From assembly GCA_963514005.1 (NCBI GenBank), contig OY740826.1:2604001-2668000 (forward strand): a stretch of DNA of 64,000 nucleotides. The letters run 5' to 3'. The translations under genes and the position numbers were made by a program. The notes under the pieces are model-generated. The model ran no database searches. It was not told the origin of the DNA and worked only from the letters and a program-made list of their open reading frames with translations. How positions within the stretch are numbered: the stretch's first letter is position 1; each line of letters begins with the position of its first letter. Of the stretch, positions 9,729 to 21,909 are shown in pieces. The stretch is from Raja brachyura. Taxonomy: Eukaryota.

Positions 9729-12700
9729 GAATCCGCAATACCCTGCGAGTTAGCATGAAGGACCTGAGCAAAGGGACTTCCTTCTCACGGGACCAGTTCA
9801 TCAGGAAGGTATTGCTGGGGCCTGCATATTTGATGCCAAGGACAGTTACTGTCTCCAGGACTTCCCTGGTAATGAATACTTTGATGTCACTTTCAAGTAT
9901 CCAACGGGATGGCAGAAGCTGACGCAAGAGAAGGGGAACAAAGCTCTGCTGTCACTGCTGAAGAAGCTGGAAGGCCACGAGACAAAGGACTGCCAAGTGA
10001 GCAAGAACTGTAACCTGTGCAGGGAGGCAGGTCACCTCTACAGGGCCTGCCCTAAAAGAGCCTGCGCCTACGCAAGATAAGAGGGGCTGTTGCCAACACC
10101 CTCAGGGTGGGCGGGAAGCCTCCCACCACTGCCAAAACCCCAGCAGAAAGAGAGAGCAGGGATGAGGACAGCCCGACCATCTCGAGCCCCCAACCGCTGG
10201 ACAGAGACCCCCAGCCCCCTGTCCAGGAGGGAGAGTCGATGGAAGAGGGGGAACAGGAGGAGGCATGGCAGGTGATGAAAAGCAAGAAACACCAGAGGGC
10301 TCTGCCCAAAGAGCCAAGGCCGGAGGGAACGGGAAAGTCTAAGAAAAGAGTCCTCTCCCAGACCGACGCCAGCAACGTCTCCTCGTCGGAGGATGAGGCG
10401 ACATCAAGGACCCGACGACGGAGGCAGAGGAAGAAAACCAGTGAGGAGATCGGAAAGGGAAAGGACACGCTTGTTGTCCTCCAATCCGGAAGACCGGGAG
10501 CAGTGCAGCGGCCAATGGGCCCCAGCTCCGGGAGACCGGGAGCAGTGCAGCGGCCAATGGGCCCCAGCGCCGGGAGACCGGGAGCAGTGCAGCGGCCAAT
10601 GGGCCCCAGCTCCGGGAGACCGGGAGCAGTGCAGCGGCCAATGGGCCCCAGCTCCGGGAGACCGGGAGCACTGAATCAGCTACAGGAGACGGAGGGGGCA
10701 GTGCGCCCAGAAGCGGGTAGAACAAGGAGGGTCCCTCCAACATCTTCAGCTACGCCAGATGAGACCCCCCCCCCCTTGAGGATGCCAGCACCCAGTACCT
10801 GAGCCCCGAAACATTGCTGCAATTCACCAAAGTGGTGGGCATGAGAGGACAAGATGATGGTAAGTGACAATTTAAGGGCAATGGAGCTAAAACTGGCATC
10901 GCTAAACGATGTGTAAACGCCTCGCAGTATCTGGCCACACGGACTGTCGGTATGGTCGGGGGGCAATGACTGCCGCGCTTCCGGTCCGGGGATCTTGCTG
11001 CGGGGAGGGAGCTTCGCCATCACTGAGGTCAGGGAGGTGGTTGGGGAGGGTGGGGGGGGGGGGGGTGGTGGGGGAGGTTCGCAGGGGGAGCTCTGTGATC
11101 AACAGCCTCAGGGAGGAGGACGGCTCGGTAACATCCTTGCAGACGGACATGCTGAGGATCTGCAAATCCTTTTACACGGATTTGTGTGATAGAAAGGCCA
11201 CAGACAGCACGGCCTCCCAGAACTTCCTGTCCTCTATCACGGAGGTCTTGGAGGACAGCAAGCGGGAGATTCTGGACCAACCACTGACCCTAGAGGAGAT
11301 GACTGTCTCCATCCGTTCCTTTGACTCGAGTAAAGCTCCAAGAAGCGATGGCTTACCGGCCAAGTTGTATTTGGCTCTGTGGGACTGGGTGGTGCTGGAC
11401 CTGCTGGAAGTGTACAATGACATGCTTCTAACCGGCAGCATGTCAGACTCTATGAGGAAGGGCAGCATCACCCTAATCTACAGCAGAAGGGGGAGATGAA
11501 TGAATAAAGTAATTGGAGACCCATCACATTATTGAATGTTGATACAAGATCCTGTCTAAGGCCATCGCCAACCGGGTCAAGTCTGCCCTGGGACGGGTGA
11601 TCCACCCAAACTAAACCTGTGCTGTACCTGGTAGAAGAATCTGGCAGGAAGAGTGAGGCCTTGCTCTTTGGCGACTGGCCCGACCGTTCTTCCGTCCCCT
11701 CCACCATCAAGCCTGAAGGTGCTGGGGATCTGGTTCGAGGGGGCTGAGGCATGTGACAAGATTTTGGTGGAGCAGATAGCCAAGGTTGGGAAGAAACTGG
11801 AGCTGTGGAAGCAACGCTCCCTCTCTATAACGGGAAAGGACTTGATCATCAGGTGTGAGGTGGTCTCGGGGCTGCTGTAGTTGGCGCAAGTGTGGTCTGT
11901 CCCTTCCTCCTACGCCACAGGGATCACCCGGGCTGTCTTCCAGAAAGGTTCTTCAGACCAACACCTTTGACCACAAGTCCATCGGGCAGTGGTCAGCACA
12001 GAATGTCCTGCAGGCACTGCAACAAAATGACTCCATGGATCCTGTGGCATGGTTCCCAGAGCAGACTGCCCAGCTTGTCTGGTGAAATGCCTCATCGCCA
12101 CAACTCACCAACAAGCACCGAGACCTGGCTTGGCTGGCGGTGAGGGGAGCCCTCCCAATCAGATCCTTCCTGCACCGTTGGAACCTCACTACCAGCGCAC
12201 GCTGCCCGTGGGACGGCTGCTATGGAGAGGAGACGGTTGCCCAAGTATATGCAGAGTGTGGGTTTGCAAAGACAGTCTGGAGAGGTTTGCAATGGTCCCT
12301 GTCACGATTTATTCTGAACAGCTCTGTCACAGTGGACTCTGTGATTTACGGACTGTTCCCAGGGAAGCATTCAGAGACTGACATTGTGTGCTGCTGGAAG
12401 GTCATCAACTCGGTGTAAGACTCCCTTTGGCCTGCCCGAGCTTTGTTGACCATCCAGCGGAGCGGGATGTCTGTTGGAGAATGTTGCCGTCTGGCCCCCT
12501 GCAGACTGCAGGAGTACGTGCTGAGGGACGCACTGAAGCTTGATGCAGCTAACGCCAAGGCTCGGTGGGGGGGTCCCTCTACACAGGGATTCTCCCCGTC
12601 AACATCGGGGACCTGGGGCGGAGGGTTTTGCACCGGAGTCGCCTGCAACCTGTTTCTCTTGCGGTTCACAGACTTGCCAGCTGCCTCCCACTTTTGCGGG

Positions 12701-13360
12701 CTGGAAGAATCTGTCAGCCACGTGTACATTGAGTATGTGAGGCTGCAGCCACTGTTTTAATACCTAAAGGGGCTGCTACTTGCCTTCTGGCTGCATTTCT
12801 CACCCACCATCCTCATCTTTGGACACACTGTGCATGGGGGAGAGCGTAGGGCTGAAGATGTCCTGGTTGGGTTGCCCCTGGACCTGGCCAAGCTGGCCAT
12901 CCTCGAGTCACTGCGTCAGGCGGAAGAGGGCTCTGCCCGAGCCAGCTGCCTGCCCCTTTTCCGGGGTTACATCCGTGCCCGGGTGGTGTTTGAGAGGGAC
13001 TATGCACTGTCCACGGGCAACATTATGGTGGTGGGTTCTGTTTTGTTTTATTGTATTGTAAGTATTATTTTTAACAATTGATTTCATTTTTTGATATTAA
13101 AAAAAGGCTCGGTGGGGGAGGACCACAGTCTAGGGTCCTTCCGCTGCTGGGCATGGGGGGGGGGGGGGGGGGCGGGGTGGAGATGCCCCTCAAAATTAAG
13201 GGAAGGGATTCCACGCCAGTGGGCCACATGAGTGGCAAGGGTGTGATTTGTGTAAACATTATTGAATGTATGTATAGCCTCCAAGGATGTGGAATGGAGA
13301 TTTGTAAGGATCATCTATTGGATATATTTATTTCTCAAATAAAGTATATTTTGAATTTTT
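9729..13360 (+). mobile_element. Decayed, internally deleted Tx1-type LINE with a second Tx1 3' fragment nested at about 12660-13020
   Basis: Gag-like zinc knuckles GHETKDC..CNLCREAGHLYRAC at about 9973-10055. ORF2 remnants SLREEDGSV..LDQPLTLEE..KAPRSDGLP, NWRPITLLNVD, and zf-RVT RGALPIRSFL..CPWDGC.GEET. AATAAA near 13338. Multiple stops and frameshifts. Confidence 0.85.
10488..10670 (+). repeat. 42-bp tandem repeat (about 4.3 copies) within Tx1 ORF1
   Basis: Unit gggagaccgggagcagtgcagcggccaatgggccccagctcc, encoding GRPGAVQRPMGPSS. Confidence 0.95.
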
Positions 13361-14641
13361 TTTTAATGGAAGCTTTATAAACAACACAATTGTGACTTTT
13401 ACAAGATATTCAGACGGGAATGTAATAGGAAGGCTATAGTTTAGTTTAGAGATACAACAAGGAAACATAGAAAATAGGTGCAGGAGTAGGCCATTCGGCC
13501 ATTCGAGCCAGCACCGCAGTCAATGTGATCATGGCTGACCATCCAAAATCAGTACCCCGTTCCTGCTTCCTCCCCATATCCCTTAATTTCGTTAGCCCAA
13601 AGAGCTAAGAACTCTTGAAAACATCCAATGAATTGGCCTCCACTGCCTTCTGTGGCAGAGAATTCCCAGATTCACAACTCTCTGGGTGAAAACAATTTTC
13701 CTCATCTCAGTCCTAAATGGCTTATCCCTTATTCTTAAACTGTGACCCCTGGTTCTGGACTCCCCCCAACATCAGGAACATTTTCAATGCATCTCATCTG
13801 TCCAATCCCTTAAGGATTTATATGTTTCTATAAGATCCCCTCTCATCCTTCTAAATTCCAGTGACTACAAGCCTAGTCGATCCATTCTGACATCATATGT
13901 CAGTCCCGCCATCCCGGGAATTAACCTGGTGAACCTATGCTACACTCCCTCAATAGCAAGAATGTCTTTCCTCAAATTAGGAGACCAAAAATCAAATAAA
14001 AGAGATGTTTAAAACATAATTCTGAGACACGTGACTGTAATGGTTCAGCATTTTAATCTCTTTGTTTACAAATGCAACAAATCCAAATCCTCTGCAGAAA
14101 ACATGTAATGATATAAAAATAGTATCAGGATTAATCTTGCAGCTGCTCCACTATTAGATGACCATGACTGATTAGTTTTAGTTTAGTGTAGTTTAGAGAC
14201 ACAGCGTGGGAACAGGACCTTCGGCCCACCGAGTCAGCGCCGACCAGCGATCCCCGCACACTACACACACCAAGTCCAGTCCAGTCAAGTCACTTTTATT
14301 TCTACAGCACATTTAAAAAACAACTCTCGTTGACCAAAGTGCTTTACATTGGTGGAGGTACTAACGTTATACAACAGTGGTTCATAGATTAAGCACATAC
14401 ATAAATACATACATATAGCCCTCCCTCAGAGGACGTCAAGAAAGGCTTGAGAGTAAAGATGAGTTTTAAGTCTCGACAAAAGAGTCGATGGAAGGGGCAG
14501 TTCTGATGGGAAGAGGGATGCTGTTCCACAGTCTAGGAGCTGCAAACACAAAGCCCCTGAGCTTATGCCTAGACCGCGGGATGTTCAGTAACCCCAAGTC
14601 TGCCGATCTGAGGGACCTGGAGGTGGTGTGGTGGATAAGCA

Positions 14642-14849
14642 GGGACAATTTAGATTTACAGCAAGACAATTAACCTACAAACCAGCCCATCTTTGGGGTG
14701 TGGGAGGAAAGCGAAGATCCCAGAGAAAACCCACGCAGGTCACGGGGAGAACGTACAAACTCCGTACAGACAGCACCTGTAGTCAGGATCGAACCCGGGT
14801 CTCTGGCGCTGTGAGGCAGCAACTCTACCGCTGCGCCACCGTGCCGCCC
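14642..14849 (-). mobile_element. tRNA-derived V-SINE (HE1-like). Representative copy; others at about 1480-1730, 22965-23270, 29526-29660(+), 35520-35620, 60155-60447, 63620-63820
   Basis: Head GGGCGGCACGGTGGCGCAGCGGTAGAG (A box) and GGTTCGATCC (B box). V-domain TTCTCCCCGTGACCTGCGTGGGTTTTC..CCTCCCACA. (CTAAA)n tail seen in longer copies. Confidence 0.85.
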
Positions 14850-15379
14850 TTTGTCAGATTTCCAGTGTCTGCGTTTCATTATTATTATTACTCACCAATG
14901 CCACACAGAGAGCTGCTTGCTATGAAACTTGTTATAGAACATGGCGCTACAAGAGCAAGAGGGCGTTTCAGAGTTTCAGAATAGCATTAGCAAAAATCCC
15001 ACAGGATTTTCAAAAAATAAAAGTCTGTATTTAATAACTACGAGTCTATTTTGTAACTGCAGGTAAAGACCGTGTTTAACAGACTATCATGTGATCAGTG
15101 TCAACAGAAGCAATTATTGTCAATGTTAATAGTTACCCGCGGAACAGTCTGTGTTCTAAAGAAACAAAGGCTTTTTTAAAGAGATACAGCGGGGAAACAG
15201 GCCCACCGAGTCCGCACCGGCCATCGATCATCCGTTCACACACTAGTTCTATGTTATCCCACTATTTCATCTACAGAGGGTTAATTAATCTATGAAACCC
15301 AAGGTAGTTAAGGCTGGTGTAGCGCTCCCTCCCCATCACCTCACCCTCCCTCCCTCCTCACCGCCCCTGTCTCCCCTCC

Positions 15380-15559
15380 TCACCGCCCCTCCCTCCCTCC
15401 TCCCACCAACCCCTTCCCCTGCTTGGACTGGAACCAGAGCTCCGTGTATTCCACCCCCTCGCCACTGTGCACGGTGTCTCCGCTGCTCGGTACCTCCCGC
15501 AGGTTGGCGTACACGGCCGCTTGCTCTTCCCCCGGCCCGTCCTGTGCACTCCCCGCGCT
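15380..15559 (-). CDS. Siglec-like gene, coding exon 8 (cytoplasmic tail with tyrosine motifs and stop)
   Basis: Acceptor ccctttccttccAG, phase 0. SAGSAQDGPGEEQAAVYANLREVPSSGDTVHSGEGVEYTELWFQSKQGKGLVGGGREGR*. VEYTEL matches the ITIM consensus. Confidence 0.8.
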   Translation of the reverse strand, partial: SAGSAQDGPGEEQAAVYANLREVPSSGDTVHSGEGVEYTELWFQSKQGKGLVGGGREGR

Positions 15560-15699
15560 CTGGAAGGAAAGGGAAGCAGACGGGCTGTTGTGGGTTTAGT
15601 ACAGAGCAGTGCGCGGTGTGGCCCGGCATTTAATACCATCAGCGAGAAGGTGCACAACTCCTGAACTCCCACAGACCCAGGTTCAGCCATGTTGTTTAT

Positions 15700-15900
15700 G
15701 TTCTCCTCTCTCACACTCTCTCTCTCTCCCTCTCCTGTCACTCTTTCTCTCTCTCTCCTCTTTCTCTCTCACTCTCTCACACTAATGCACTCTATCTCTC
15801 ACACTCGCAGTTTCACACTCTCTCTCTCTCCCCCTCTCACACTGTCTCCCTCTCTCAAACTTTCTCTCACACTCACGCCCACCCTCACACTCTCTCTCAC
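15700..15900. repeat. (CT/CA)n low-complexity microsatellite
   Basis: ctctctcacac runs. Confidence 0.9.
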
Positions 15901-15924
15901 GTAGTTAGATAAATCAATATTCAT

Positions 15925-16260
15925 ACCCCCGGTTGCTAAATACTTTAATTCCGCTTCCCACACTGACCTTTCTGTCCTCGGTCTCCTCCATTGACAGAGT
16001 GAGGCTAAACGCAAATTGGAGGACCAGCATCTCATATTCCGCTTGGGCAGCTTACAGCCCAGTGATATGAACATTGATTTCCCTCACTTGAGGTAGCCCT
16101 GTGTTCCCTCCCTCCATCCCTCCCCCACCCAAGTTGCACCAGCTTCTCGTTTTCACCCAACAAACCGCTAACAGTGACCTGTTTCCTTTATCATCGTTAC
16201 TTTGCATTTATCTTTCATTCAATGTTCTTTATCTCTCTCTACATCATCGTCTATATAGAG
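15925..16260 (+). mobile_element. Penelope-derived non-autonomous repeat (GIY-YIG tail and terminal repeat). Other copies at about 21500-21900, 30300-30790(-), 32990-33500(-), 38520-38900, 41840-42215, 59097-59412(-), 62750-63150(-)
   Basis: Translation EAKRKLEDQHLIFRLGSLQPSDMNI resembles the C-terminus of the Penelope/Neptune GIY-YIG domain. Family members carry the CTGAAGAAGGGTCTCGACCCGAAACGTC motif. Confidence 0.75.
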
Positions 16261-16792
16261 TCGTACATTGTGGAAACAGGCCCTTCGGCCAAACTTGCCC
16301 ACACACTAGTCCCACCTGCCTGCGCTTGGTCCATATCCCTCCAAACTTGTCCTGTCCATGTAGTTTTCTAACCGTTTCTTAAACTTAGGGATAGTCCCAG
16401 CCTCAACTACCTCCTCCAGCAGCACGTTCCACACACATGCCACCGTTTGGGTGAAAAAGCTACCCCTCAGATTTTTTTCCCCTTCACCTTGAACCTATGT
16501 CCTCTGGTCCTCGATTCCCCTACTCTGGGCAAGAGACTCTGTGCATCTACCTGATCTATTCCTCTCATGATTTTATACACCTCTATAAGATCACCCATCA
16601 TCTCCCTGCACTCCAAGGAATAGAGTCCCAGGCTCCTCAACCTCTCCCTGTAGCTCAGGTCCCTCGAGTCTCGACCGAAACGTCAACTGTTCCTTCTCTC
16701 CAGAGATTCTGCCTGTTCCGCTGAGTTACTCCAGCTTTTTGTGCCCACTTTTGTATCATCTGTAGTTGAGATTAAATGCAAAGTTCCACTAC

Positions 16793-16859
16793 CTGATTGG
16801 TGGCAGAGTGTGGGCAGTAGATCACATTGGTGTCTTGGATTCCTGAAGCATCTTCCCTC
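16793..16859 (-). CDS. Siglec-like gene, coding exon 7 (juxtamembrane cytoplasmic)
   Basis: Acceptor ttctgttgctgcAG, donor CAG|GTAGTG. 67 nt, phase 2-0, which exactly bridges the TM exon and exon 8: (R)REDASGIQDTNVIYCPHSATNQ. Confidence 0.75.
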
Positions 16860-18906
16860 CTGCAGCAACAGAAGATCACACCAAGTTTACAGCACATCTG
16901 CACATCAGCAAAGTCCAAGTACAAAGTTGCAGTTGTATTGGACGTTGGTCATAAAGTCATGAGGTCATTAATGATAGGAGCAGAATTAAATCATTCAGCC
17001 CATCAAGTCTACTCCGCCATTCAATCATGGCTGATCTAACTCTTCCTCCTAATCCCATTCTCCTGCCTTTTTCCCATAACCCCTGACATCCATACTAATC
17101 AATAACCTATCCATCCCTGCCTTAAAAATATCCATTAACTTGGCCTCCACAGCCTTCTGCGGCAAAGAATTCCACAGATTCACCACCCTCTGACTAAAGG
17201 AATTCCTCTCAGCTGCTTCCTGAAGGAACGTCCTTTAATTCTGAGGCTACGACCTCTAGTCCTAGACTCTCCCACTAGTGGAAACATCCTCTCCACGTCC
17301 ACTCAATCCAAGCCTTTCACTATTCAGCAGGTTTCAATGCATTTAGAGTATTGTGTTCAGTTCTGGGCACCATGTTGTCGGGGAGATGTTGTCAAGCTCG
17401 AAAGGGTGCCGAGACGATTTACGTGGATGTTGCCAGGACTCAATGGCCTGAGCTACAGGGAGAGGATGAGCAGGCTGATTCTCTATTCCTTGGGGAACAG
17501 GAGGATGAGGGGTGATCTTATAGAGAGGTGTTTAAAATCATGAGAGGAATAGATGGGGTAGACGCACAGAGCATCTTGCCCAGAGTGGGGAATCGTGGAC
17601 CAGAGGTCAGAGGTTTAATGTGGGGGGGGGGGGGGGGGGTGGTGGGTGAGATTCAATAGGAACCTGAGCGCTAACATTTTCACACAAAGGGTAGTGGGTG
17701 TATGGAACGAGCTGCCGGAGGAAGTAGTTGAGCCATGGGAGTAATGTTTAAGAAACAGTTAGGCAGGTAAATGGATGGGATGGGTTTAGAGTGACATGGA
17801 CCAAACGCAGGCAGGTGGGACTAGTGTAGATGGGGCATGTTGGCCGATATGGGCAAGTTGGGCCGAAGGGCCCGTTTCCACACTGTGTGACAACTACAAA
17901 CAGGGGCCATGCCATTGATTTTTCCAATTTCATGCAACTCCTGCATTCCTTTCCCCCCCCCTCTCCACTCCCACCCCTCCCCCACCCTAGTCATCCGCCT
18001 AGTTCCACTGTTCACATCATTCTATCCCTGTCTTTAGCACACAATCCCCAGCCAACAATGGGCCATTGTGGGCTCCACCCTTCATAAGTTCAAGAAACAG
18101 AATTACGCCATTCGGCCCATCAAGTCTACTCCGTCAATCAATCATGGCTGATCTATCTCTCCCTCTCAATCCCATTCTCCTGCCATCTCCCCATAATCCT
18201 GACACCCGTACTAATCAAGAACCTATCTATCTTGGCCTTAAACATATCGATTGGCTTGGCGTCAACAGCCTTCTGCGGCAAAGAATTCCACAGATTCACC
18301 ACCCTATGACTGAAGAAATTCCTCCTCATCTTCTTCCTAAAGTTAGTTCTTTAATTCTACGGCTGTGGCCTCTGGTCCTAGACTCTCCCACTAGTGGAAA
18401 CATCCTCTCCATATCCACTCTTTCCAGAACATTCACTATTCATTAAATTTCAATGAGGTCCCCCCCTCATCCTTCTAAACTCCAGCTAGTACAGGCCCAG
18501 TAAGTGTCAAACGCTCATCATATGTTAATCATTCTCGTAAACCTCCTTTGGACCCTCTCCAGAGCCAGCACAACCTCCCTCAGATATGGGGCCCAAAACG
18601 GCTCTTAACAGTCCAAAGGTCATCTGTTGCTGGCTCTGTTTTGTTCTGACTTTCTCAACCTTTCAGTCTGAAGAAGGTCCCGACCGAAAATGTCACCTAT
18701 TCCTTAATCCCCAGAGATGCTGCCTGACCCGCTGAGTTACTCCAGCACATTGTACCTATCCGTGTTCTCCAGAGATGCTGCCTGACTTGCCGAGTTACTC
18801 CAGCATTTTGTGTCTGTGAACAGGAGTTAGCCTGGCAGAAGCAGTCATAAGAAGCAGATGACAAAGATGGATTTGGGAGTGAAAATGTGGATTTATTTAA
18901 ACTTAC

Positions 18907-19003
18907 CGCTGTGTATACTTGTAGATGAAGAATCCAGCTAGCTCAGCGATCAGTATTATCCCTGCTGTAAGCAAAACTGCCATCCAAATACTGAAGCTTT
19001 TAG
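18907..19003 (-). CDS. Siglec-like gene, coding exon 6 (transmembrane)
   Basis: Acceptor ttgttcttacAG, donor CG|GTAAGT. 97 nt, phase 1-2: AKSFSIWMAVLLTAGIILIAELAGFFIYKYTQ(R). Confidence 0.88.
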
Positions 19004-20266
19004 CTGTAAGAACAACCAGAGGTGTGTTTTCAGATTTTTCAGTTTAATTTATTGTCACGTGTAACGAGGTACAGTGAAAAGCTTTTGTGGCGTGCTATCC
19101 AGTCAGTGGAAAGGCAACACATGATTACTCTCTCCCCCTGCCCACACACCCCTCCCCCCCACACTCCACCCCCCCCCCCACCCACACACACCCCTCCCTC
19201 CCACACACCCTCACCCTGCCCACACACACCCCTCCCTCACCTTAGATCCTCTGGCCACTAGTACATCAGGGAAATTGTTTGTGTCTTCCTTAGTGAAGAC
19301 GGATCGGATGCTTTCAACAGAGAGTACGATAGAGCTCTTAAAGATAGCAGAGTCAAGGAATATGGTGAGAAGGCAGGAATGGGGTACTGAATGTGGATGA
19401 TCAGCCATGATCAAATTGAATGGCGGTGTTGGCCGAAGGGCCGAATGGCCTTCTCTGCACCTACTGTTTATTGTCAAAGTACCTGTTCAACTCGTCTGCT
19501 ATTTCCCTGTTCTCCAAAATAAACTCACCTGTTTCAGTCTTCAAGATTCCAACTTTGGCTTAACTAATTTTTTCCTCTTCACATAGCAAAGGAAGCTTTT
19601 ACTATCCTCCTTTATATTCTTGGCTAGCTTACCTTCGTACCTCATCTTTTCTCCCCGCATTACCTTTTTAGTTATCTTCTGTTGCTCTTTAAGTTACCCA
19701 ATCCTCTGGCTTCCCACTCATCTTTGCAATGTTATACTTCTACTCTACTATTTTCATACTCTCCCTGACTTCCCTTGTCAGCCACGTTCGCCCCTTACTC
19801 CCCTTGGAATCTTTCTTTCTCTTTGGAATGAACTGATCCTGCAACTTCTGTATTATTCCCAGAAATACCTGCCATTGTTGTACCACTGTCATCCCTGCCA
19901 GGGTATCTTTCCAATCAACTTTGGCCAGCTCCTCCCTCATGACTCCATAGTCCCCTTTGTTCAACTTTAATACTGACATTTCTGATTTTCTCTTCTCTGC
20001 CTCAAATTGTATATTAAAACATATTATGGTCCCTACCTGCTAATGGCTTCTTTACCTCGCGTTCCCTTATGAAATCCGGTTCATTACACAACACTTAGGT
20101 TGTTGTGTAATGAGAATGTTGCCAGCCCTCGAGAATTAGACAGGTACACGATGAGGTCAGGTTTGCAAGGGTATGGGCCAAATGCAGGCAGGTGGGACTG
20201 GTGTAGGTGCGACATGTTGGTTGGTGTGGGCACGTTGGGCCGAAGAACCTGTTTCCACACGGTATG

Positions 20267-20600
20267 TGTAGGAGCTATTTATGTTTAGGCCAGCTACTGC
20301 TGGCATATTATATTAGTTTGTCTGGATATTTCTAGCGGTATTATTTTGGACACTTGGTGGCGGTCATTTGATGAATGGAGGGGTGCAACACATGGGCTTC
20401 ATGGACAGGGAGTGATTCAGACCTGCTACAGGAGGTGGAGGGTACACAGTTCACACAGATCAGGAGAACAGGAAGCTACAACTTGTATGAGCATAAAGAG
20501 AACCTGGTACATTCATTTCTTTGTTTGTACAACTACTTCAATAAAGAATGACTGGAAGATCTGTTCTTTTTTGGTCTGTGTAAGATCACTCCTCCTTACA
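20267..20600 (+). mobile_element. Probable solo LTR
   Basis: TGTAGGAG...CTCCTTACA inverted termini (TG..CA), internal AATAAA near 20540, imperfect 4-bp TSD tatg/tgtg. Confidence 0.5.
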
Positions 20601-20705
20601 TGTGTAGTAATGGCAATGGAAAGTTGGCCATTGTAAAAGTTAGAAATGGCCATTACAGTTTGACTCTCTGGCTCTCTGACTTCTCTCGCCCAGAGATGTC
20701 CTCAC

Positions 20706-20999
20706 CTTCAATCGACAGATACACTCTGAGCATGGCTTCCCCGTGCCGGTTTCGGACTGAGCACAAGGCCGTCACGTGCTCCCCTCCCTCACCCCCTCTC
20801 AGAGTGAGGGAGCCATACACCAGATGCCCGCTTGCCACCTGCCAGATGTGGAGACGTCCGTGGGTTTGATTTCCGCTGAGGTTGGCGAGGGGGAGGTGCC
20901 AGGTGAGCTCTCCGGGTGGGTTGCACCTGGCCGCACACACACAGGTGACACTCTCAGGTGTGTGAGTGCATCCCGAATCCCAGAAAATCTCTGGCGCAT
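20706..20999 (-). CDS. Siglec-like gene, coding exon 5 (membrane-proximal C2-set Ig, MAG domain 5-like)
   Basis: Acceptor tctccctctccAG, donor G|GTGAGG. 294 nt, phase 1-1. YAPEIFWDSGC...VTCVCAARCNPPGELTW...ALCSVRNRHG, with the CxC pattern of Siglec/MAG proximal domains. Confidence 0.9.
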
Positions 21000-21909
21000 C
21001 TGGAGAGGGAGAAACAAGACATGAAAGAGTTGTGAATCTGTGCAATTCTCTGCCACAGAATGCTGTGGAGTCCAATTCACTGGATTTTATTTCAAGACAG
21101 AGTTAGATTTAGTGCTAAGGGCCAAAGGAATCAAGGGATATGGGGAAAAAGCAGGACTCAGGGGTACTGATTTTAATAGATCAGCCAAGATCATATTGAA
21201 TGGTGGTGCTGGCTTGAGGGGCAGAATGGCCTACTCCTGCACCTATTTTTCTATGTTTCTAGGAGATCAAACGCAAAATGCTGGACTAAACTCAGCGGGA
21301 CAGGCAGCATCTCTGGAGAGAAGGATCTGCCTCCATCACTGCCCTTGGCAGCGTGTTGCAGATGCTCTCCATGGTCTGTTAAACAGTTTACCAGGAATAC
21401 AAGTATCTTATACAAATAACATCAGTCTGAATAATGGGTCTCACCCCAAAACGTCACCTATTCCTTCCCTCCAGGGCTGCTGCCTGTCCCGCTGAGTTAC
21501 TCCAGCAATAACCAACCAGATCTCCCAGTGGCCCAGCACTTAAACTCTTCTTCACATTCTGAATCTGACCTTTCTGACCTGGGCTTCTCCATGGCCAGAG
21601 TGAGGCCCACCGTAAATTGGAGGAGCAGCACCTCATATTTCGCTTGGGCCGTTTACACCTCAGCGGTATGAACATTGACTTCTCTAATATCAGGTAGTCC
21701 CGGCTTTCTCCTCTCCTTCCCAGCTCTCCCTCAGCCCACTGTCTCCGCCTCTTCCTTCCTTCTTCCCGCCCCGCCCCACCCTCACATCAGTATGAAGAAG
21801 GGTCTCAACCCGGAATGTTGCACAATTCCTACGCTCCATAGATGCTGCCTCACCTGCTGAGTTTCACCAGCATTTTTGTCTGCTCCAGTATTTTGTGTCT
21901 ATCTTCAGT

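Noticed and set aside
9960-10060. Host ZCCHC3-like gene
   Set aside because: The zinc knuckles lie in a frameshifted Tx1 ORF1 followed by decayed ORF2.
14060-14092. RRM RNP1-like GFGFVAF on the minus strand after an acceptor
   Set aside because: No RNP2 or other RRM exon was found; likely a chance match.
14642-14849. tRNA gene
   Set aside because: The A/B boxes belong to a SINE head that continues into a V-SINE body, and there are many diverged copies.
15437-15511. ITAM formed by YANL and YTEL
   Set aside because: The two YxxL motifs are 17 residues apart, well beyond the usual ITAM spacing of about 6-8.
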